Source: Ophelia neglecta (lineage: Eukaryota). From it: a stretch of DNA of 64,000 nt. The translations under genes and the position numbers were made by a program. Positions within the stretch are counted from its first letter, which is position 1. Each line of letters opens with the position of its first letter. Below the pieces are notes generated by a model. That model was not told the origin of the DNA. It saw only the letters and a program-made list of their open reading frames with translations, and did not search any database. This document shows, piece after piece, positions 26,346-37,260 of this stretch. The stretch covers positions 76,880,001 to 76,944,000 of the forward strand of contig OZ260665.1 in NCBI GenBank assembly GCA_965285935.1, given 5' to 3'.

Positions 26346-28327
26346 ATGGAACTCCCTATTCCGCCTGACATAAAGTTAACTGCACCCGAAGGAGAAGATG
26401 ATTCTGACTGTGAGCCAGAAGATGCCCACATCCTTCATCCCATGACGGTGCGTGCCAGGAAGGACGTTCTTAGGAGAACAGCCTCCGATCTTCTGTCCGA
26501 GCTCGGCAGTAGTCAAGGAGTGGACCAAGCCGGGATGGTGAGCCGATATGCCCAGTACGAGGCCCGAAAGCTCTGTGTGGAGCGAAATATTCATTTCGAG
26601 GACGCGTATCAGTTGACTGTGAAGGCAGTGTTTCTAGCCCATAATCAGTTATATAAAAAAGATTGTCGAGTGTGGCTGTACAAGCGTTCGGATATCACTT
26701 CCGATGGTCTTGATAGGTCAGATGGTGATGTGTCTTCAGGCGAAGAAAAATCCTCCATCGAGAGATTGCGGCAAGAATTGAAACGGGAAAGGCTCAATTC
26801 ATCGTCGACGCCGTACAAGAAAGATTGCAGGACTTGGTTGCACAAGTCCTCCGCCAAGAAATCTAGAAAAGATCCGTTTCCATCCATACAAGCCAGCGAC
26901 GCCGGAGACAATTGCCAGGAAGATTCCAGGAATGTCCGAGTAATCAGCTCTGATCCATCTATTATCTCCAGTAATAACAACGCCCACCGGGGTGCCCTCG
27001 ACACGCGTGCCAGCCTCTCCTGTGGCGAGCTCATTGCCAGCGTCCGTAGAACCTCATTTACAGGACAACCTGATGACTTTGTTTTTGTGGGGCTCGACCG
27101 TTTCGCTGGAAACAGGAGCTGTTGCAATGTCGAAGGTAAGCATCTGATAGCCTACTTATTGATATAATCATAAAATAAAATAAAAAACGAAGCATAACAG
27201 CTGCAATTGCAGAAACAGTAGCGACAATTGTACTAGTTGAAATTAGTGGGCTTAACCTTTTTGAATAAACCCTTGCCTTTCCTGATAGGCATATCACTAT
27301 ATTTTCGTTTAGTAAGTTTATATAGCATAGACACCGCCAATGTAGTCCTGTGCCTATAGGCCTCTGTATACTGTCTATATATGGTATTAACAACAGAAGA
27401 CAAAGGGCAACTAGCAAAAGATGACAGTGCTAGTGAACATTTGACTGGCTATAAAAATATGTGTCATCACATTGAATTTAATTAAGGTATACCAAATTGT
27501 GACCGGGTAGTCTTTTAATATATTTGGAACCAGTTTTGATCACCTCGCACTTCCTGTGGGAAAATAAACTTGGTCCAAAATACCCCTCCAGTTGGGACCC
27601 GCCTCTCTATACTTGTACCGAAATTCTGCTCCTCGTGCAGCTTTTGAATCGAAAGAATATGTTTCTATTAACTGCTTTTTCCAAATTTCAGATGTAATAT
27701 TGGAGTCCGGACGCAAGTTTTCGAGCATGGCCGAGTTGGAAGAGACCTACCGAAGGCATGACTATCCCGGAAATGACGTCAGACGCTCAAACTCCTTCTG
27801 CTCCGTCTCATCTGACTCAATGGAGGCGTGGACCCCAATTCGCCGTAAAGCGCCGCATGGCTTAAATCGACGAAGCAGGTATATATATAAAACATTAAAG
27901 GCATACAGATCGTTCCTCACAAAAACATTATAATGGAAAGAAAAGCTGTATATTCTTTGTGTTACCTTTGAATTTGTCAAGGGAAAATATGGCATTTACT
28001 TGGTTTCGCCATGAAGCGAATATTTTAACGTGATCCAATAATGTTATAATTTGTTTATAATATTCGAAAGTGGTAGTTGGGTTGAAGCAAAATTAACCAT
28101 TTCTATCTTATAATGTCTACGTACTTTTTTTTTACAGTACGGCAGGTTATGGCACGCGTAACATGCCCATTGCGTCGCCGAACGGGTCGGATGACGGTGA
28201 CGACGAAACCATTCGTTACTTAAGTTCCTCCGGTAACACCATCACTCCGGACGACATTGCGTGCGACTTCCTACTGCCTGACGACTGCCAGCTCAACTCT
28301 AACGGCAGATACCTGCCATATGTCTAA
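26346..28327 (+). CDS. Uncharacterised protein, 3 exons, ~388 aa
   Basis: Exons 26346-27135 (GAAG|GTAAG), 27692-27878 (TTTCAG|...AG|GTATAT) and 28138-28327 (TTTACAG|...TAA); 1167 nt, phase-consistent, GC-rich against the flanks, with an in-frame stop upstream of the ATG. No family recognised. Confidence 0.8.
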
Positions 28328-28580
28328 CGCCAGTCACGTGACAAATATCAACTATAATTCGGGAGACGTTAGAAGTCAAAACGGAACAACCGGGGAGGCC
28401 AAATATCGCAACAGTAACATCAGGGACTTCTGAAATCTCAACTCTAACATTAGAGACGGTTGAGAGATTAATCCAGGCATCCGGGACACTAGATATCTTA
28501 ACACATATCTTTCAACTTTCACACTAGGGGGGACACCAGACTCTAACAGTAGCCTGGACGCCAGTGATCCCGATCCTAAC

Positions 28581-29050
28581 ACCAGGGACGCCAGAGATCT
28601 CAACTATTACACCAGGGACGCCAGAGATCTCAACTATTACACCAGGGACGCCAGAGATCTCAACTATTACACCAGGGACGCCAGAGATCTCAACTATTAC
28701 ACCAGGGACGCCAGAGATCTCAGCTTTTACACCAGGGACGCCAGAGATCTCAACTATTACACCAGGTAGCCAGAGATCTCAACTATTACACCAGGGACGC
28801 CAGAGATCTCAGCTTTTACACCAGGGACGCCAGAGATCTCAACTATTACACCAGGGACGCCAGAGATCTCAACTATTACACCAGGAACGCCAGAGATCTC
28901 AACTATTATACCAGGGACGCCAGAGATCTCAGCTTTTTACACCAGGGACGCCAGAGATCTCAACTATTACACCGGGACGCCAGAGATCTCAACTACTACA
29001 CCAGGGACGCCAGAGATGTCGACTATTACACCTGGTACGCTAGAGATCTA
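28581..29050. repeat. 30-bp minisatellite, ~16 copies (ACCAGGGACGCCAGAGATCTCAACTATTAC), with degenerate flanking copies from ~28290 to 29200
   Basis: Units read directly at 30-nt period; a CAGCTTTTAC variant recurs in three copies. Confidence 0.95.
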
Positions 29051-29926
29051 AACACCAAGTAGTCATTAGATCTCAACTACAACACCAGAGAGTTCTGAGG
29101 TCTAAACCCTAACGCCAGAGACGCCAGAGGTCCCAAATAAAACACTAGGTAGGGATACCAGGCTCTTAACACCAGGGACGCCAGAGATCTCTAACGCCGG
29201 AGCCGGTCACCAGAAGCGACAATAAAGACCTTAATTTACCCAAATTTTGATGTCAGGTTCGTCAGTAATCTGGACTTGAACATTATAGGAGGCAATTACT
29301 TCAGTTTTAAAACTACAGTGACATCAGATATCTCAAAGTATAAAAACCCAAAGAAGGTACTTACCTAGATACCCCAGTGACCTTAACTGTATAGCCACAG
29401 GAAAGATGGTAGTCTATAACTCAAGGGACCATATATATTAAGAGATCTCAACAGTTACCGTAGTTACGAGAGAGATATTGAAATTACCTACCAGAGATGT
29501 GTCATTATTAACTCTAACGTTGGAATCATTCACACGGGCGTTGTGAGACGTCCCAAGATCTAATAAGCAAACAGTATATGTAACTCCAAACCAATGATGT
29601 TGCTTTTAAAAAATATTCTAGTTGTGTTGAGATACAGAACAATTGCAACTAACAAGTCCATGATTTAATGAGATAGTATGATGGTGTAAATCTAGATATA
29701 CACTTTTTAAGACAGAAAACCTATAGTGACTAACTAAAATGTTACTATTTTAGTTGACCTTTATAAATAGTAATTTTATTACGTAAGAATGATGCATCAC
29801 GTATGGATCAGTTAGTAGGACCTAAAGTAAAACCTTATATGATATAAAGAGATTTTATAACTTATATGATTCGCTGTAATATCACAGTATAAGATTCATT
29901 TTAAGTCGTCACTCCTAATCTGTTAA

Positions 29927-32108
29927 CTAAACGTCTGAATCTGAAAGATAGTGGACTTTTCTGATCTGTGCTAAGGCCTCTCTCCAGATGACAGCATGCG
30001 TTTTGCTAGCAGAATCCAGCCTCTCTCGTCGAAGTTTTTTGTCGATGTACTGGTCTATGGTGACGGGATAAGACGGAATACCCTGTCCAGTCACACTCAA
30101 CGGGGACCCTCTATGTGGCCTCTGACCCAATGAAACTTCCGGGAGAAAGGCACTCCTGGCAGACCCAGACATGACAAGAGGGGCATGGCTAAGATCATGG
30201 AGGGGCTCAATTCGTTGGTCATACTGAAGGACATCGGCATTGCCAATCCCTGGTAACTGTGGTGTCCCTGTCCGTGCAACCTTCCCATGAATACCACCGG
30301 AAGCCTGGTCGACAGGCGCAGCGGCGTAGTACGGCCACCGACGGAAGTGGCTCATCCTGCGCGGGAATCCCACTGATGGTTGTACTGGTTTACCGGCAGT
30401 GTCAGTATTTTGTGGATGCGTGTCTTTTCGTCCCAATTTCCGCTTTTTCTTTCCTCGCATGCCTGTCGACTCCATGGCATTTACACCATCATGCTTTTTC
30501 GTCTTGTGGGTTTCAGGGTGCCCTGCACCATCCGTATGCGTATCTGTTCGCAATTTATCTTCTATTTTCCCTTTATTCGTTTCCACGCGATTTGCTTGTT
30601 CGATTGCTTCGTCATCTTCTTTTAACTTTGGCATGGAGGCAATACGATTTCTCCTCACCCTGTGAAGTAGTCTATCTATCAGTCCCAAGTTACTACTGAT
30701 GCCCGAAGTTAGTTGAAGTCGCACGAGCTGCATGAATGATGCCTGGTTACTCCTCAAACTGATATTCTTTGCTGCTCTGCTTGCGTAGGATTTAATTTCG
30801 ACATCGCGACTGTCAGGCAGGTGACTCGCGCCATCCTGGCTTTCTAAATTCAAATCATGCAAGCGGACGCCGCGGGCCTGCGTATGGAGTAGGGAAGTGA
30901 CGCCAGAGAAAGGGTCCGGGTGTGGGTTGACAGCCTGTGCAGCTGCCTTTTCTTTGTTTGCCTCGGCATTTCTGGCCAAAAACTGGACGTATCTTTTTGA
31001 AACTTGCTGCACTTTGGCCTGATGTTCTTGTTTCCTAGACTCGTATGTCGGTTTTTCTGGCAATGCAGTACGCCTCTTGCAGTCCTTGCGAGCTTTCCTG
31101 CTTCTTCTGCCTAAGGTGTCTTGATCAGTGTTACAAGAAGAGTTTTCATTGGTATCGGGTCTTTTTATATGGACTTCGGGGATCCCCCCGTCCTTTTTAT
31201 GTTTCTCCTCGTCGTTTTCGCTGTCTGTCTCGGAGTCGGAACCAATTCCGGTATCGCTGATTGGGGACAACGTTTCCTCTCTGTGGACGGAAAATCTAAC
31301 AAAATGTCTATGCTTTCTAAATCTTGCTCCTCGGGAGGCATTTGTTTCGTCTATGTCTGCCAGGCCTTCCCTGTCTTCATCTTCATAATTCTCCACGTCT
31401 TCTTTGTCTTTCTGTATCTTTTCCTGTATAGTTTTGATGAAAATATTCAGTTTGCCGTTTTGCTTCTCTCTCGTTCTGTGATTGCGCTGCCGCAGTTTTT
31501 CTAATTTCGGATTTCGCTTTGATAGCTGACGGCGTAGTTTTCTTTTAAAAAGAGGTAATTTAACGTTCCCCTGATCGTCTAAACTACTTTCTTCTGTCAG
31601 TTTATGGGAGTACTCATCTTGTCGCCGTCTTAGTACGTGCTGATCCCGCTTGATGGCGCGAAATTTATTCTCTAGGTCGTGTCGGTAGGCGTTGACTTCT
31701 GTTCTGGAAGTACAAAAGATGGCCGTAGTTTTGAAAAATATCTAAATCCTAATAACGTTTAAGCATAATCAGAAATTATTAAGGTAATATTGTGAAATCT
31801 GACAGGCTGAATATGTGAGATGAAGATGTGTTATGTCAAGTTAAGAAATATTCAATTGGGGTTTTCATTAAGACTCCTGAAATTTATATGGATACTCAAA
31901 GCAAAAGTCCCTGACTACTGAACTACTGTCCTGAACAGGTAATTAGGGAATGTCAAGATTTATTACCTCCGACTAACCTGTATGAGGCCTCGTGTCTTGC
32001 TACCTTGGCTAGCGTCTTGATGGCGATCTCGCTCTGGACGCCGGATGCTGACATATACGTCCTTGGCACCGTCAGCCGCGGGGCCATGCTCTCCGTAAAT
32101 AACACCAT
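29927..32108 (-). CDS. Uncharacterised basic/low-complexity protein with an N-terminal coiled coil, 2 exons, ~635 aa (weak CCDC190-like resemblance)
   Basis: Exon 1 is 32108-31978 (ATGGTG...TACAG|GTTAGT). Exon 2 is 31703-29927 (CTTCCAG|A...) and extends the 489-aa track ORF upstream without stops. Total 1908 nt. Confidence 0.8.
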
Positions 32109-35100
32109 CGGGGTGCGCTAGATGAGCTCTACTGGCTGCTTCTACCCGCCAGATCTATTTGCCAGCTCTTCTCACCACTTCTTCTACGGGCGAAATTGGC
32201 ACGTGTGAACCATACATATATGCGATATGTTATGCTGGGTGGTTTCAAAGTATTCTCATATCACCAGACTCCGTCGTTGCCGATTGTTAATTTCATCCAT
32301 ATAAGGCCTGGCTGTGTTTTCCAAAAGGGGGCTCTTGTTTATAATTTTAACTTATGTATATATTAACTGCTAGCCATATTACATTCAATCACTGCAGGTG
32401 CATCTTTGACCAGTAAACTCACCTGCAAAGTCATTATTAAATATATAGTCAAGAAAATGCTTAATACATACAAACTTTTCCAACCCTTCTTCCTTCGGGT
32501 CCTGCAACTTTTGACTCAGGAATTATTGGTATCACAAACTTTATATTAATCTAAGATGTTTCTTATCGACTGCCGTGCGCCTTTAACTGCTGCTTTATCC
32601 TGACTGCTCTCCTGATTTGCTTGGCACGAATGTTGTTGGTATTTCATCCAAGTCCAAGCCTTTAAGTGAATTTTGGTGTCATGGAAATAGTAGCCTTTCT
32701 CTTCAATAAGTATGACTCTTGACATTTTTAAAAATTGCAGTAGAGGCCTACTAGTACTTTTCACGCATGTTGCTTTCGTAGGCCTAGCCGATGTAATTTT
32801 AAGTCATCAAGGAAATAATTCATATTGTTTGAGCGTGTGTTTACCTTCTCCTCATATGGTGACAGGCGAAAAAGCGAGATATCGAAAAATCAATTCCTTA
32901 GAATCCCGGGCACTTAGGGACGATCCATTTATCTTTCTCTTTCAGTAAAATGATATGGCTTAATGTGCATGGCAAGGGACGACTTATTTTGGTCTCTTTT
33001 CTGATTATTTTATCCAGATATTTTTTTTATCCGCTGTAGTCTCATTTTAGTCGACGAGTTATTCAGATGAGCCGACATTTAGGTTTATATATCAAACTGG
33101 ACGGTTTCTCTACTCCTTGTGACATTACCAACGAACGATTCACTCTTTAATGAGAATAACTTAAGCCAACATGTAACGTTGTATAAATTATGCCAAGAAA
33201 GCTGGCGTAATATAGGCCTAGTTGTTTATAGTTTGACCAAGAAAAGCTGAGTCATTGAGATTTCTGCTTAATTTGAATCTTTATTTTCATTATAGGCCAG
33301 GGGGTATTGTGCTGTATTGATTGTGTTTAAGAAACTGCTTAAATGTTACCCCTGCCTATGAATACACATCCTCGTTTTATCCATCTACGCATATTTTGTT
33401 TCCTTTGAGGCTTTGTTCTTTATTGCATAAATGCATTAAAATCAAGGTCATTTATAAAATGTATTGTTACCACTCGTGGCTGTAAGTAACACATTGTGTA
33501 TAGTTTCTGTCCATACTGGATTTAGGTAGTCAGTGCTCGAGGGTCAGTGCTGATCTCTAAGTCAAGGATTAAGTGAGGCTCCCCCACCCCTCTCCTCGCC
33601 CATCAAAACACCGTCACTCATTCCGCAAATTACTCAATCCTGCCTCCTGAGAGTGTGCCAGGCGAGTGTGTCTCCTCCAAAAGGGATGTCAAGAAGCCAA
33701 CACGTGCATGAAACCCGGCTCCTCTAGGAGAAGACACCCTCCCGACTGCCGTACCCCCATGGCCACAATATATCCCCCCACCCCTTTGGAGCCCATAGAC
33801 CCGCCAATGTCAGCAATCTAGTTGTAAACTATGAACTCTGTCGTGATTTATTAATTGCCCCAAGGCCACATCGGAATTATTCAAAACTGCAACTCCATGC
33901 TGTGCAGATATAAATGGGTTCTGAGGAAATTCCATCCGAGTCAATGACAAACAAAAATAGATCTGTTCTCTCACAAACTTCCATTATTCGTTTAAAACAG
34001 AATGATGATAAATAGATATTTTGGATAAAAAGAAACAATTAGCTGAGTGTAAGGCAACCTGATGAACATGATTTAGTTACGAGTGTCTGCCAGTGTAAAT
34101 GCCCAATTCGGTATGCACACCCCTCGTTAAACGGCTATTAGCGAGGTCGTCCCACCGTGAGTGTGGTAAACCGGAGAATGGGATGAGATGTATGGTCCGA
34201 GCCGGTCAAGGGGTGCCAGGGAGTTATACTTCGGGATGGATATCAAGCTCGGTGTCTTTACGATTTGTAATTTTCTTTAATATAGAATAATAAGATTGGT
34301 TTAATAAAGAAGCACATAACTTCAAAGGAAATCAAAATTGCTTCACCAATGATTTACACCATTGTGTGTGAACAGCATTATTTTCTCTACAGCTATTAGC
34401 TCCACAACTAATGCCGATTTTACACATTAAATGCTGTCTTTTTTTCTTGCCACAATATTTTTCGCTCTATTAACATGCAAATCTGACTGATTGTACTTTT
34501 CGATATCGGAGGAAATAGAGTTATATATATATATTGGAAGGCTGTGGAGACATGAGGAGATATGGGGAGACAGGCTTTCTTTTAACACCCTGCCATGACA
34601 CTTGATGAGAAAGAGCCCCCTTATCATGATAGAGTTGATTTTTGGCGGGCGAACTCAGTCACACCGGATCAAAGCAGCTCCATTCAATTCTCTGATTGTT
34701 GTAATTAGAATCAGGTTTTATTGAGCTGCTATTCGGGGGCCACCCAAAGCAAACGACATTTGTCACCTAATAATGAGTTCTTTTTGGCACCTCGGCGGTA
34801 AATAGGAAAGCGATGAAGACCTTAATGACTTCCATGCTTACTGCCGTCAATGAGCGCTGTTCCTCAGCACAAAGACCATTTTCAAACGAGTCTGCTCCTG
34901 AATCGTTTTATTGTGCTCCTGTTAGTCTTGTTGTGACTTTACATATGTAGATTTCCCTGTCCATGCTATCCAGAAGGTTCTATGATCCCTCATAAACTTG
35001 GTTGTGAGCGCATCTGTCATATTAGATCTCCAATTTTGTCATTTGTTCACATTTTGTCAAGCAGTCGACTTGGTTGGCAATTGGCGCCGGATTTAAATGT

Positions 35101-36082
35101 CGTTTGTTTTGGATTTGTTTCAGTGTCTTGGATTGGATGCTTTTTTGTGTGCTTTCTTTTTACAGCAGCTCCCAAAAGGTCACGACATATATCATGTTAT
35201 GTGATGCAAAAACCAATTTGACAGTTTGATGGCTCGCTTTCACTTGGCTTTTCACTGACTTTTAACATTAATATTGATTTAGAGACAACACAGTTGAGGA
35301 GCAAAAAGGAATACAAAAAGTCGGGTTAAGGATAACATCTGTCAACGTTTCACATCTGGAGTTGCATATCACTGTTCAAGAAAACCATACTTTTTTCTAA
35401 ATGAAAATTAGCATGATGGTGACTGTTGCGGGAAAAGGTTCCAGAATGAAGACTTGCCACTTTTTTCCCGGACAAGAGTAAAAACCCTGAATCAGTTGCA
35501 TGTCAAATCAAGATTAAAACTGACACGCTTTGAAACGCAGCGCCAGGTGTTTGTAAAACTGGAGGGAGTAAATTAAACTTGCTTCTGACAAGGCTTGTTA
35601 TGGATACCATTGTGGAATTCGAGGGAACTGATTCGTGATAGACTTTTTGCCAAATTAGGATTGGCGTGTTGGAGACAATCTATATCGGAAAAACACTGAT
35701 TTATGAGAAAAAATAAGTATAATAGGACAATTTAAGTTCTTGAATAAGATTGATACCCATGTCAATCGTGTATGGTGTATGTACAAAAATAAAAATACTA
35801 GACAAAAACGAACACTGGGACATAACTCAAAATTTGAAAGCATAATGGCGAGATCGGAGTAATAGCACATTTTAATTGAAGACTTTATTCGAGACGACTA
35901 TGCCTCAAGCAGTGCACTGTGGTATCTGCTGTCACGCTCCAGGGTCGGGCAAGATTCCGTCGGTGGGGGAGGTGTACACTCGTCTGTTAGTCTGCCGGGG
36001 AGAAGGGGCCTCTCCCCCTCACGCCAGCCAACCCGGCCCCTCGCCAGACACCCCCCTCTCTCCCGCTCACAGCCCGGAGGTC

Positions 36083-36103
36083 ATGGCAGCTATTCTCGCT
36101 GAG
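36083..36103 (+). CDS. Candidate distal alternative first coding exon of ENL/AF9 (MAAILAE)
   Basis: GTC ATG GCA...GAG|GTAGGT, phase 0, at the end of a GC/CpG-rich patch (35900-36100); compatible with the acceptor at 38587. Confidence 0.55.
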
Positions 36104-37260
36104 GTAGGTCAGTTTGATTACAAGTCCATTTTTCCGAGACATTTTTATATATCGGCTTGGAGCCTATACTAGGCCCAGGTCAATACATATAGCATAGGTT
36201 GTCATCTGTGCCTATAACACTGGAACCCTGTAATGTAGCCCGTAAGAGATACACAAGCCTGTAGGCGAGGCGACTAGCACTTTTTTTTTGTTCCCAGTCA
36301 TTAGTGAGTGCTTCGTTGCTAATAAGCTCAATTTCCAATTAGCTAATATAAATAACGGTATGGGCCTATTATGGGCTATTATTCATTCGCTGTTTTTATG
36401 TCGAAGTAATTTACCCGCATAGATGTGGGTTATTTTTCTTTAATTTAGGGGCCTACACTATATCGCAGGTGTACGTACTCATGCATCACTGAAAACTTTT
36501 CCTTATAGGCCTAGTATAGGGGTCTATATAGACATGATAGATTGCATCGCATTAAGCTGCATAAGGACAATACTATACCGGAAGTTTTGGCAACTAGCAC
36601 CTGTGTCACAATTATCAGTATAAAGAGCCTTCAGTTACCAAATGAATGCCACTGTTGCTGTAGCTTCATTAGATGACATTAATTTATCTCATTAGCAGTC
36701 AATTAATGTTGAACACCGCCTCAAAAGCCCGTTGAATAATAAAGGTCGCTATATTTTTCTGTAGTTATTTGGTTGTCCAGTCTTGGGCCATTATTCACCG
36801 AGTATTTTCTCGGCCATGGTCCGATTTCGCGCATATATGTGCTTTCAGGTCGTTATGTATCAGAATTAGGATCAGAATGCCGGAGACAACTAAATAAGTG
36901 GAAAATAAAAATAAAAATGAACTGTTAAAAAGTTCATTTAGGTCATGTTTCACGAGGATATCAAATTCTCATATATTCATTTGTGTCTTCTGTTAGTAAC
37001 ACCCAGTCTGCAATCATTTTAATGCTCAGCCCCATTAATAAAATAACCTCTATCGAAAATGTGAGCTGTCCTAACGAGCGCATTTTGGTAAAACTACTCT
37101 GGTGCCCATGCTAAAGCAGCGGCGCCCTCTGTTAATGCAATCTCTCTTTTCACGACAACCACAAAACGTGAAGTCAACACCGGAAGTGTAGCTGACAGCG
37201 GGATAAATTTGATCCTTGGCTAACAATAACTACGTTTAAATGCATTTCTAGGCGCCACCA

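Noticed and set aside
26376-27127. Minus-strand ORFs over the plus-strand orphan gene
   Set aside because: Antisense shadows of exon 1.
28564-29043. 159-aa ORF (TPGTPEISTI / HQGRQRSQLL repeats) as a standalone mucin-like gene
   Set aside because: It has a GTG start, exists only because the 30-bp unit lacks stops, and switches register mid-array.
28581-29050. CRISPR-like array
   Set aside because: The units are contiguous with no unique spacers, there are no cas genes, and the context is eukaryotic.
30259-31504. Plus-strand ORFs over the minus-strand orphan gene
   Set aside because: Antisense shadows of the 635-aa CDS; no splice or homology support.
32155-32217. Apparent premature stop or readthrough in the minus-strand orphan gene
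   Set aside because: Frame counting shows this ORF is out of frame with the CDS starting at 32108, so it is a uORF.
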